A stretch of 64,000 bases of DNA from an uncultured Chloroflexia bacterium. GTDB lineage: Bacteria; Chloroflexota; Chloroflexia; QHBQ01; JADMIH01. Position 1 is the first letter of the stretch; each line of letters opens with the position of its first letter. Below are positions 51,235 through 59,864 of the stretch, in pieces. A program made the translations under genes and the position numbers. The stretch covers positions 640,001-704,000 of the forward strand of contig CAWCNY010000006.1 in assembly GCA_963797095.1 (NCBI GenBank), read 5' to 3'. Under the pieces are notes generated by a model, which saw nothing but the letters and a program-made list of their open reading frames with translations, made no database searches and was not told the DNA's origin.

Positions 51235-51759
51235 ATGACCATCAGGCGAGAGAAAAAACGTTCGCAGGCCGCGCCGATCAACCGGCGATCGGGTGCAACA
51301 CGCGCTCGTCGCAGCGGCAACGGCGCGCGCTCTGTGCTGTCCGTGGTCCCGCGCAGCGTTACCGAGGCTACAGGGCAGGCGGCGCGCCGTTCGGTCGACC
51401 GCCTGCGCCCCTCTTTGCCCCGGTGGATAGATCCCCACCCCGGCATCGCCCTTCTCGTCGCTGCCGCCATCATCGCCGCCGTCTGCTTCTTCTATGTATC
51501 GCAGGTAACCAACGTCAGCAACGCCAACTACCGCCTGCAAGACCTCAAGAACCAGTACGCCACCCTCCAGCGCCAGCAGGACGAACTGCGCCTCCAGATC
51601 GCCCAGGCCCAATCCCTCACCACTATAGCCGACAAGGCAGCCCATAAGCTCCAGATGGTGCCCATAGACGACCACTACAGCTACCTGCCCCTGCCCGATG
51701 GTCCCCTTGCCAGCCTTCCACCTCAACCCACGCCTGCACTCCCCACACCGGGGCCGTAG
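51235..51759 (+). CDS. ftsL: Cell division protein FtsL-like
   Basis: Basic N-terminus, one TM, coiled coil; position between rsmH and the PBP gene. Confidence 0.75.
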   Translation: MTIRREKKRSQAAPINRRSGATRARRSGNGARSVLSVVPRSVTEATGQAARRSVDRLRPSLPRWIDPHPGIALLVAAAIIAAVCFFYVSQVTNVSNANYRLQDLKNQYATLQRQQDELRLQIAQAQSLTTIADKAAHKLQMVPIDDHYSYLPLPDGPLASLPPQPTPALPTPGP

Positions 51760-51830
51760 TCGGTAGTCGGAAACTCGTCACTGGTCACTGGTCACTGGTC
51801 ACTGGTCACTCGTCATCATCGTCTTTCGTC
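51756..51830. repeat. Mosaic heptamer array
   Basis: (GTAGTCG)x2; (GTCACTG)x4 GTCACTC; ..TTTCGTC. Confidence 0.88.
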
Positions 51831-51841
51831 AAGGCAACCCT

Positions 51842-53674
51842 ATGTCCCAGGCAACCCTAACGGGCCACAATCGAGCGAAACAGGCCGCGCGCCCCCAGCG
51901 CGTATCTTCAATACGGCTCTGGATCATGCTGGGCGTGTTCACGGTCTTCGGTCTCTACAATCTCTTTACCGTCTTCAAGCTACAGATCCTTCAATACAAC
52001 GACCTTTCGACGCGCGCCGAAGAGAGGATCAAGCGCAAAGAGACTATCGTACCCAGGCGCGGGCTGATCTACGACACTCGCGGCCAACTGCTGGCGGGCA
52101 ACGCTATCGCCTATGACGTATACGTCGACCTCACCCACCGCCAGGAGGACTCTCAACTCCACGAAATAGCCGATCTGCTAGCTCCGTCTCTCGGCCAGAG
52201 CGCACAGACCATGTTCACCAATTTCCACGACATGCTCGACCAGGGGGTTGACTATGTGAAGGTCGCCAGCCGCGTAGACCCTGCTACCAGGGACAAAGTG
52301 CACGCTCTGGCCGCGCAATATGACGACGTATTGCAACCTGTGGTCAACTTCGAAATACAGTCGTTACGGCAATACCCGAACCCTTCAGCCTACGGGTCGG
52401 GCGGCCTCGCTGCCTCTCTACTCGGCTTCACCGATTATGATAACGTGGGGCACTACGGCGTAGAGGAGTTCTACAACGCCACTCTGGCGGGCGAAGCAGG
52501 CTGGATCGACGCCGAGCGTGACGCCTACGGCAACCCCCTTGTCCTCCAACAACCGGAGATGCAGCCAGCCGTTGACGGCTCGGACGTGGTGCTCACAATC
52601 GACAGCGCCATCCAGTACATGGTGGAGCGCGAGCTAAAATCCTCGATTGACGAGTTTAAGGCCGATTACGGATATGCAGTCGTGCAGGATCCCAGCACGG
52701 GTGCTATCCTGGCGATGGCAAACTACCCGACGTTCGATCCCAATGAATTCAACCAGGTCACCGATTACGGGCTATTCAAGAACCCGGCAGTCACCGACAT
52801 CCGCGAGCCTGGTTCCACGATGAAGATCCTCACCTACTCATCGGCTATTGATGCAGGCGCGATCCTTTCCACCACCAGTATGTACGGCACCGCTTGCGTC
52901 ACCAAGTACGGCCAGAGCCTGTGCAACGCCACACGCACCGAATGGGGCTGGCAGACCATGGAGCAGGGGCTTGCGCGGTCGGATAATGTGGCCGCCATGT
53001 TCGCCGCCGAACAACTTGGCCCGGACAAGTATTACCCCTACATCAAGAAGTTCGGCATCGGCACTCGCACCGGCATCGACCTGGCGGGCGAAGTGGCGGG
53101 CCTAGTTAGCTGGCCCGACTCGGACGGCTACAGCCCTGTCGACTTCTACACAACCTCCTTCGGCCAGAGTGCAGCCGTCACGCCTATCCAACTGGTAAAT
53201 GCCGTGTCTGCCGTCGCCAATGGCGGCACGCTTCTCAAGCCGTATGTGATGAAAGAAATCCGCAAAGACAACGAGGTAGTTGCCACGGGCCAGCGCGAGG
53301 AGGTCAGGCGCGTGATCCAGCCCGGCGCCGCGCAAGATATTGCGAACATGCTCGCCTACGGCGTCGAGAATGGCGGCGTGGCCCGCCTGGCCGCCGTGCC
53401 CGGCTACCATGTTTCGGTCAAGACCGGCACTGCCAACGTGCTTAACGATAACGGCATCGGCTACAACGACAGCGTAACGTTTGCCTCCGCTATGGGCTTC
53501 GGTCCCTCGCAAAACCCGCGCTTCACCCTCTACATCGGCCTGATGAACCCACGCACCAGCCAGTGGGGTGAGAACACTGCCTCCGTATCGTGGGGTCGCC
53601 TGGCACAACAGATTCTCCTTTACATGAACGTCCAGCCCACCGGACCGCTCCCCACAGCGACGCCTGCTCCGTAG
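51842..53674 (+). CDS. ftsI: Class B penicillin-binding protein (FtsI)
   Basis: RGLIYD, EPGSTMK, SDN, KTGTA; dcw position. Confidence 0.9.
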   Translation: MSQATLTGHNRAKQAARPQRVSSIRLWIMLGVFTVFGLYNLFTVFKLQILQYNDLSTRAEERIKRKETIVPRRGLIYDTRGQLLAGNAIAYDVYVDLTHRQEDSQLHEIADLLAPSLGQSAQTMFTNFHDMLDQGVDYVKVASRVDPATRDKVHALAAQYDDVLQPVVNFEIQSLRQYPNPSAYGSGGLAASLLGFTDYDNVGHYGVEEFYNATLAGEAGWIDAERDAYGNPLVLQQPEMQPAVDGSDVVLTIDSAIQYMVERELKSSIDEFKADYGYAVVQDPSTGAILAMANYPTFDPNEFNQVTDYGLFKNPAVTDIREPGSTMKILTYSSAIDAGAILSTTSMYGTACVTKYGQSLCNATRTEWGWQTMEQGLARSDNVAAMFAAEQLGPDKYYPYIKKFGIGTRTGIDLAGEVAGLVSWPDSDGYSPVDFYTTSFGQSAAVTPIQLVNAVSAVANGGTLLKPYVMKEIRKDNEVVATGQREEVRRVIQPGAAQDIANMLAYGVENGGVARLAAVPGYHVSVKTGTANVLNDNGIGYNDSVTFASAMGFGPSQNPRFTLYIGLMNPRTSQWGENTASVSWGRLAQQILLYMNVQPTGPLPTATPAP

Positions 53675-53837
53675 AGCGTGAAACGTGAAACGTAATACGT
53701 GAATGGCTCCGATACCTCCCTTGATAGCGTTGCCAGTTTACCCCTGATCCGTTATGCTTTTATGTGGCCCGCAAATAAGGGCTAATCAAGAATCACATCC
53801 AACTCGCTACTCGTCGCTCGTCGCTCGTCACTCGCCA
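53675..53837. repeat. Heptamer arms flanking a ~90-nt core
   Basis: AGCGTGA AACGTGA AACGTAA TACGTGA ... CAACTCG CTACTCG TCGCTCG TCGCTCG TCACTCG. Confidence 0.8.
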
Positions 53838-53843
53838 TCACCA

Positions 53844-55238
53844 ATGTTCACCCTAGAAGATATCCTGCAAGGCACAGGCGGCCACCTGGATGCGCCGGGC
53901 GGCGCGCTTGCCATGACCGGCCTCGGCTTCACTGGAGTCGCAATCGACTCGCGGGCGGACCTGCGCGGCGCTCTCTTTATCGCGTTGCAGGGTGAGCATG
54001 TTGATGGGCATGAGTTCGTCTTGGACGCGGTGGGGCATGGGGCGCGTGGCGCGTTGGTGCGCCGCGACTGGCATGCCCCTTCCGCTCTACCCGCCGGTGT
54101 AGCTCTTGTGCGCGTGGACGACCCCCTCACCGCCTTGCAGAGCCTGGCCCGCTGGTGGCGCAGCCGCAATGCCACCCAGGTGATAGCCATCACCGGCAGC
54201 ATCGGCAAAACCTCTACCAAAGAGGTGATCGCCTCCGTCCTTTCGCGCCGTTACAACACCCTCAAGTCGCAGGGCAACCTCAACAACGAGATCGGCCTCC
54301 CGCTCACCCTCCTTCGCCTCCAACCCACCCACGAAAAGGCCGTGCTGGAGATGGGCGCGGGCTACGCCATGGGCGAGCTTACCCTCCTGTGCGAGATCGC
54401 CCGTCCCCAGATCGCGGTGGTAACTATCGTGGCACCCGTGCACCTTGAGCGCATGGGCACTCTAGAAAACATCGCCCTCAACAAGAGCGAGCTTGTGCGC
54501 GCCCTCCCCGCCGATGGCACAGCCGTGCTCAACGGCGACGACGAGCGGGTACGCGCCATGCGTGAAGTAACCTCCGCGAAGGTGATCCTCTACGGTCTGG
54601 ACGAAGGCAACGACCTTCGCGCAACCGACATAATGAGCCACGGCCTGCAAGGCGTTCACTTCACCCTTACGGTCTCCGGTGGCAACTCATGGCGCGTGCG
54701 CCTTCCTCTGCTGGGACGCCACAGCGTGCACACCGCCCTGGCTGCTGCGGGCGCTGCCCATGCTGCCGGTATGGAGTGGGGTGACATAGTTGCCGCCCTC
54801 CAGGGCCTCGATGCCCAGGTGCGCCTGCTGGTGGTGGCCGGGTGGAACGGCTCGACGCTCATTGACGACACCTACAATGCCGCCCCCGAAAGCACTCTGG
54901 CGGCCCTCAATCTTCTGGACGAAATGAAGGGCAACAAGATCGCCGTGCTCGGTGATATGTTGGAGCTTGGCTCCTACACCCAGGAAGGCCACCTGAAAGT
55001 CGCCCGGCGTGCTACCGTGGTAGCGGGCAGGCTAATAGTTGTCGGTACGCTGGGCAAGCTGATCGGCGAGGAGGCTCTGAGAGTCGGCATGCCTCCGCAC
55101 CAGGTCTTCTTTGCCGCCGACAACGCCCAGGTAGTCGAGTATCTCAAGCGCGCTCTCAAGCCAGGCGATTACGTGCTTGTCAAAGGCTCGCGGGGGCTAC
55201 ACATGGAAGAAATAATCTATGGTCTGAAGGCTGAGTGA
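53844..55238 (+). CDS. murF: UDP-MurNAc-tripeptide--D-Ala-D-Ala ligase
   Basis: IDSR, ITGSIGKTSTKE, NNEIGLP, DDTYNA, LGDMLELG, VKGSRG; start ATG 53844. Confidence 0.96.
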   Translation: MFTLEDILQGTGGHLDAPGGALAMTGLGFTGVAIDSRADLRGALFIALQGEHVDGHEFVLDAVGHGARGALVRRDWHAPSALPAGVALVRVDDPLTALQSLARWWRSRNATQVIAITGSIGKTSTKEVIASVLSRRYNTLKSQGNLNNEIGLPLTLLRLQPTHEKAVLEMGAGYAMGELTLLCEIARPQIAVVTIVAPVHLERMGTLENIALNKSELVRALPADGTAVLNGDDERVRAMREVTSAKVILYGLDEGNDLRATDIMSHGLQGVHFTLTVSGGNSWRVRLPLLGRHSVHTALAAAGAAHAAGMEWGDIVAALQGLDAQVRLLVVAGWNGSTLIDDTYNAAPESTLAALNLLDEMKGNKIAVLGDMLELGSYTQEGHLKVARRATVVAGRLIVVGTLGKLIGEEALRVGMPPHQVFFAADNAQVVEYLKRALKPGDYVLVKGSRGLHMEEIIYGLKAE

Positions 55239-55242
55239 CCCA

Positions 55243-56466
55243 TTGAATCACTATTTCTCCCTGCTGACAATTGCGAACAACACCTTTTCTATAGTCCATT
55301 CGTTGGGCTTTGCCGCCGCCCCTGATCCCGCGCCCGCCGGGCATTGGCTTGATCTATTATCGAATATCACCGCCCAGACGTTGCCAACGCCCACAGTAGG
55401 TATCGCACCAGCCGACCCCATAACCTCTACCGGCACTATCAACGCGGTGGCCTCTGTGACAGGTGTCAAGAAAGAGATACCCCCTCTTCAGCCGATCAAA
55501 ATGGTGCGCGGCCTCACCCTTGGCGCTGTGGCTTTTCTGCTGGGTGTAACCGTTGGCAGGCCGGTGATCAACTGGCTCCGCGACAGGGGCATAGGCAAGC
55601 ACATCAGGATCGAAGGCCCCGCCAGCCACCAGGTGAAGACAGGCACCCCCACCATGGGAGGTATGATCTTCCTGATCCCCCTTGTGATCGTGATCGCCGT
55701 CTTCATGGATATTCTCTCCTTCAACTCGTTACTCCTCCCGCTCGGCATCGTGGTGTCGTGCGGTATACTCGGCGCGATAGACGACCTCATGAGCACCGTA
55801 GGGCGCAACAGGGGCGGTATGAAGGCGCGCTTCAAGATGGCCTGGTTGGTGGCGATAAGCACCATCGCAGCGTGCATCCTCTACTTCCTGCTCGGCCACG
55901 ACACGATCCTGCTGCCTTTCCTGACCCCGCCGCCCATACCCATCGGCCTCTTTTATATTCCTATCGCGGTATTCCTGATAGCGGGCACAGCCAATGCAGT
56001 GAACTTCACCGATGGCCTCAACTCGCTGGCGGGAGGCACCACCGCTATCGCGTTCGTGTCCTACGGCATCATCGCCTACCTGCAAAAGCAGGAACCCATC
56101 GTTTACCTCTGCTTTGCCGCCGTGGGCGCGCTGCTGGCCTTCCTCTGGTTCAACGCCCACCCCGCGATGGTCATCATGGGCGATGCAGGCGCCCTCACCC
56201 TGGGTGCGCTGCTGGCGATCTGCGCCCTCATGACCGACCAATGGCTCCTTCTCCCCCTGATCGGCATAGTGTTCGTCGCCGAGACCCTCGCAGTAATTCT
56301 GCAAGTGCTCTACTTCAAGCTGACCGGTGGCAAGCGCCTCTTCAGGATGGCCCCTCTCCATCACCACTTCGAGATGCTCGGCTGGTCTGAAACGCAGGTC
56401 ACCATGCGCTTCTGGATGTTAAGCATGGTGGCCGGGATGCTTGGTGTAGCGCTTGCACTTGTTTGA
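55243..56466 (+). CDS. mraY: Phospho-MurNAc-pentapeptide transferase, copy 1
   Basis: KTGTPTMGG, IDD, NFTDGLN, MGDAG, PLHHHFE; start uncertain (TTG 55243 or ATG 55501). Confidence 0.92.
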   Translation: MNHYFSLLTIANNTFSIVHSLGFAAAPDPAPAGHWLDLLSNITAQTLPTPTVGIAPADPITSTGTINAVASVTGVKKEIPPLQPIKMVRGLTLGAVAFLLGVTVGRPVINWLRDRGIGKHIRIEGPASHQVKTGTPTMGGMIFLIPLVIVIAVFMDILSFNSLLLPLGIVVSCGILGAIDDLMSTVGRNRGGMKARFKMAWLVAISTIAACILYFLLGHDTILLPFLTPPPIPIGLFYIPIAVFLIAGTANAVNFTDGLNSLAGGTTAIAFVSYGIIAYLQKQEPIVYLCFAAVGALLAFLWFNAHPAMVIMGDAGALTLGALLAICALMTDQWLLLPLIGIVFVAETLAVILQVLYFKLTGGKRLFRMAPLHHHFEMLGWSETQVTMRFWMLSMVAGMLGVALALV

Positions 56467-56497
56467 TCCGAATTCTCAAGAAGGCTAAGTTCCTCCA

Positions 56498-57640
56498 TTG
56501 AGCACTTTCCTTGAATTGGCGAATATCGCTGCTAACTTATGTGTGCTCCCTCATGCACACGGGTCGTTGCCGGATCTTGTGGGGGGCGTAAGCGCACAGC
56601 GCGTGATGACACCCACTGTTGTTACTACGGGCACCGGAGGGGCGAGCATCGCAGCAAGCTTACCCCCGATTACAATGGTGCGCGGGTTGACGCTGGCGGC
56701 CGTGGCGTTCTTGTTGGGAGTGCTTGTGGGCAAGCCGGCGATCAATTGGCTGCGCGACCGGGGCATCGGCAAGCATATCAGGATCGAGGGTCCGGCAAGT
56801 CACCAGGTGAAGACGGGCACGCCGACGATGGGGGGCATGATATTCCTGATACCACTTGTGATTGTTATCGCCGTGTTCATGGATTTGCTGACCTTTAAGT
56901 CGCTCTTGCTGCCGCTGGGGATCGTGGTGTCGTGCGGGATACTGGGTGGAGTAGACGACCTGATGAGCATTGCGGGGCGTAACAGGGGCGGGATGAAGGC
57001 ACGCTTCAAAATGGCGTGGCTGCTCGTGATCAGTACTATCGCGGCATGCATACTTTATTTCTTGCTGGAGTATGATGAGTTGAACCTGCCTTTCCTGACC
57101 CCGCCACCAATACATATCGGATTGCTGTTCATTCCCATTGCGATATTCCTTATTTCGGGCATGGCGAACGCGGTCAATTTTACTGATGGGCTGGACTCAC
57201 TGGCGGGCGGGACTACGGCTATCGCTTTTGTGTCATATGGGATTATCGCGTATCTGCAAAAGCAAGAGCCGGTGGTGTATCTGTGTTTCGCTGTGGTGGG
57301 GTCGCTGCTCGGGTTCTTGTGGTTCAATTCGCACCCGGCGATGGTGTTTATGGGGGACGCAGGGGCGCTTACGCTTGGGGCTTTGCTGGCTGTGTGCGCG
57401 CTGATGACGAACCAATGGCTCCTTCTTCCCCTGATCGGCATAATCTTCGTCGCCGAGACCCTCGCCGTAATTCTGCAAGTGCTCTACTTCAAATTGACGG
57501 GTGGCAAACGTCTGTTGAAGATGTCGCCGCTGCACAACCATTTCGTGGAACTGGGCTGGTCTGAAACGCAAATAACCATGCGCTTCTGGATGGTAAGCAT
57601 GGTAGCGGGCATGCTAGGCGTCGCCCTCGCCCTCGTATGA
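56498..57640 (+). CDS. mraY: Phospho-MurNAc-pentapeptide transferase, copy 2
   Basis: KTGTPTMGG, VDD, NFTDGLD, FMGDAG, PLHNHFV; start uncertain. Confidence 0.92.
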   Translation: MSTFLELANIAANLCVLPHAHGSLPDLVGGVSAQRVMTPTVVTTGTGGASIAASLPPITMVRGLTLAAVAFLLGVLVGKPAINWLRDRGIGKHIRIEGPASHQVKTGTPTMGGMIFLIPLVIVIAVFMDLLTFKSLLLPLGIVVSCGILGGVDDLMSIAGRNRGGMKARFKMAWLLVISTIAACILYFLLEYDELNLPFLTPPPIHIGLLFIPIAIFLISGMANAVNFTDGLDSLAGGTTAIAFVSYGIIAYLQKQEPVVYLCFAVVGSLLGFLWFNSHPAMVFMGDAGALTLGALLAVCALMTNQWLLLPLIGIIFVAETLAVILQVLYFKLTGGKRLLKMSPLHNHFVELGWSETQITMRFWMVSMVAGMLGVALALV

Positions 57641-58125
57641 TTTTGGATTTTAGATCTCCGATTTTGGATTTGAGGTAATTGGTGAACGAGAAAGAATTCA
57701 AAATCTGTACTAAACGTTTTGCTATTGAGGCAATTCGTTGCGTGCAAGACCTGCCGAGAGACGAAACTGCTGACATAATTGGTAGACAATTATTGCGGTG
57801 TGCTACGTCTGTGGGAGCAAACTATCGAGCTGCATGCCGGGCGAAATCTACACCGGGTATGGTTGCGAAACTTGCGATTGTTGAAGAAGAAGCAGACGAG
57901 AGCTTATATTGGTTGGAATTGTTGGTGGAAGCCGACATTGTTCCTGCTACAAAGCTAACTGACATCATGGCTGAAGCTAATGAGATTACAGCCATGGTTG
58001 TAGCATCAATCAGAACCTTGCGTACCCAAAAGAGCAGGTAATATCCTCCAGCCAATCTCGACTTTACGCGCAAGACGATGGACAGAGAAGAAAGATCCAA
58101 AATCCAAAATCCAAAATCCAAAGTC
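57639..58125. mobile_element. Putative 'full' heptamer-arm element carrying a four-helix-bundle gene
   Basis: Left arm GATTTTG-type x5 (57639-57673), gene, right arm CAAAATC-type x4 (58094-58125). Confidence 0.65.
57679..58041 (+). CDS. Four helix bundle protein (23S rRNA intervening-sequence protein family)
   Basis: IGRQLLRCATSVGANYRAACRAKS...KLAIVEEEADESLYWLELL...EANEI; AT-richer than neighbours; start TTG 57679 or GTG 57682. Confidence 0.9.
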   Translation: MVNEKEFKICTKRFAIEAIRCVQDLPRDETADIIGRQLLRCATSVGANYRAACRAKSTPGMVAKLAIVEEEADESLYWLELLVEADIVPATKLTDIMAEANEITAMVVASIRTLRTQKSR

Positions 58126-59523
58126 GACGAGTTCCGCAATCAAAGTGTCCTTGTCATGGGACTTGGCGTGCACGGTGGTGGCCTCGGCGTTGTGCGCTGG
58201 ATGGCTGGGCAAGGCGCTAATGTCCGCGTTACCGATCTTCGGACTGAAGATAAGCTCCAGAGTTCCATCGCTGCAATAGAAGCCGAAGGCATCCCCGTCA
58301 CCTACACGCTCGGAGAGCACCGCGAAGAAGACTTCCGTTGGGCCGATATCGTAGTGCGCAACCAGGCCGTTCCGCCAACCTCTCCCTGGCTCACCTTTGC
58401 CCGCAGTCTCGGCAAGCCCATCGAGATGGAGATGACCATCTTCCTCAGGCTATGCCCTGGCCCTGTCGTGGCCGTCACCGGTACCAAAGGCAAATCGACC
58501 ACCGCCACCTGGACCTGGGAGATGCTACGCCACTGGCGTCCTGATGCCCTCCTCGCAGGCAACCTCCGCGTCTCCGCTCTCGAAGCCCTTCAGCGCATCA
58601 CACTCGACACCCCCGTGGTGCTTGAGCTATCCAGCTTCCAGCTAGAGGCGTTCGAGCGCCCCGATGTATCTGTCCACATAGCCGGGATCACCAATCTCTC
58701 ACCCGACCACCTGGATCGCTACAAAACCATGCAAGAGTACGGCGAGGCCAAGAAGATGATCTTCCGCAACCAGCGCTTCGAACAGAGTGATTGGACCGTC
58801 TTCAATGCCGATCACCCTATCGTATCCGGCTGGGCTGCCGAAGCCCCCGCAGGCGTTGCCTGGTTTGGCCTCGACGCAACGCCACGCTCTCCCGGCGTTT
58901 TTCTCGAAGGCGTTGATCTCGTCTGGTATCCACCCGCAGGCGAAAAGCTCTCCCTCGGCAGCAGCGATCTTGTAAAGGTTCCCGGCAAGCACAATTTAGC
59001 CAACGCCGCCTGCGCCGCCGCCATGTCTCTCCTCGCGGGCGCGCCCCTCGACGCTGTGCGTGCCGGCCTCTCCTCCTTCACCGGAGTGGCCGACCGCATG
59101 GAATACCTGGCAACCCTGGAAGGTGTGCGCTTCATCAACGACACAACCTCCACCACCCCCGCCTCCACCGATGCAGCCTTACACTCAGTAGGGGGCGACC
59201 TGATACTGATCGCCGGAGGCGCAGACAAGGGCCTAGATTTCGCCGCGCTCGCGCCCATAGTCGCGGCCCGCACACAGGGCGTGGTACTCCTCGAAGGCAC
59301 CGCCACCGACCTCATGGAGCGCCAGTTCCAGGGGGCTGGAGTGCGCATCCTGGGCCGCTACGACGACTTCGGCACCGCAGTAAATGCCGCCTGGCGCGCT
59401 ACCCCCACCGGCGGCACGGTCCTCCTCTCCCCCGCCACAGCCTCCTTCGGCATGTTCCGCAACGAATTCGACCGGGGCGAGCAATTCAAAGCCATAGTAG
59501 CCCAGTTAGCCACCCCCTCCTGA
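58078..59523 (+). CDS. murD: UDP-MurNAc-L-Ala--D-Glu ligase
   Basis: VMGLG..GGG, VTGTKGKSTT, ELSSFQL, NLSPDHLDRY, INDT, LSPATASF. Confidence 0.96.
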   Translation: MDREERSKIQNPKSKVDEFRNQSVLVMGLGVHGGGLGVVRWMAGQGANVRVTDLRTEDKLQSSIAAIEAEGIPVTYTLGEHREEDFRWADIVVRNQAVPPTSPWLTFARSLGKPIEMEMTIFLRLCPGPVVAVTGTKGKSTTATWTWEMLRHWRPDALLAGNLRVSALEALQRITLDTPVVLELSSFQLEAFERPDVSVHIAGITNLSPDHLDRYKTMQEYGEAKKMIFRNQRFEQSDWTVFNADHPIVSGWAAEAPAGVAWFGLDATPRSPGVFLEGVDLVWYPPAGEKLSLGSSDLVKVPGKHNLANAACAAAMSLLAGAPLDAVRAGLSSFTGVADRMEYLATLEGVRFINDTTSTTPASTDAALHSVGGDLILIAGGADKGLDFAALAPIVAARTQGVVLLEGTATDLMERQFQGAGVRILGRYDDFGTAVNAAWRATPTGGTVLLSPATASFGMFRNEFDRGEQFKAIVAQLATPS

Positions 59524-59542
59524 TGCAACACAAACAAAAATC

Positions 59543-59745
59543 GTAGGGGCGAGGCATGCCTCGCCCAAGCCCCAACGCGAAAGAAAGCGCCATGCAATGG
59601 TACACCTGTCAGGTGCGCTGCCCCATTACCCCCAAAGCAAGTAGTCCCGTAGGGACGGTAGAGAGTAGCCCAGGGCTTACGCCCTATGGTAAGCACAACA
59701 CCCTATAATAGTCCCTTCGGGACGTGGCTTGGGTGGCAATCCATC
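59543..59745. repeat. GTAG-type REP plus GTCCC..GGGAC doublet element
   Basis: GTAGGGGCGAGGCATGCCTCGCCC; CTGCCCCATTA..CCCAAAGCAAGTAGTCCCGTAGGGAC ... GTCCCTTCGGGAC..TGGGTGGCAATCCATC, matches 49375-49436. Confidence 0.75.
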
Positions 59746-59763
59746 CACAGGGCGTGCTCCTGC

Positions 59764-59801
59764 ATTCCGCACTCCAAACCTCGAAGTTCGAACTTCGAAC
59801 T
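59764..59801. repeat. Heptamer repeat, single arm
   Basis: ATTCCGC ACTCCAA ACCTCGA AGTTCGA ACTTCGA. Confidence 0.6.
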
Positions 59802-59803
59802 AT

Positions 59804-59864
59804 AAAAACCACCCGAAAGTACACCTCAAAGCCTGTCCAGATTGAGCTCACCTTTGCCATTTAG
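59804..59864 (+). repeat. Inverted copy of 49227-49286 (promoter-like)
   Basis: AAAAACCACCCGAAAGTACACCTCAAAGCCTGTCCAGATTGAGC...; TTGAGC-N17-TATATG. Confidence 0.75.

Noticed and set aside
23293-53843. Long N-terminal extensions given by the ORF track for rpsQ, rplM, mreB, mreC, mreD and murF
   Set aside because: They are read-through into spacers or repeat arms; downstream starts fit the SD and/or family length better
55243-58041. Diversity-generating retroelement (duplicated sequence next to an Avd-like gene)
   Set aside because: No reverse transcriptase in the window; differences between the copies are mostly synonymous and at C, not adenine-specific; both copies are full genes
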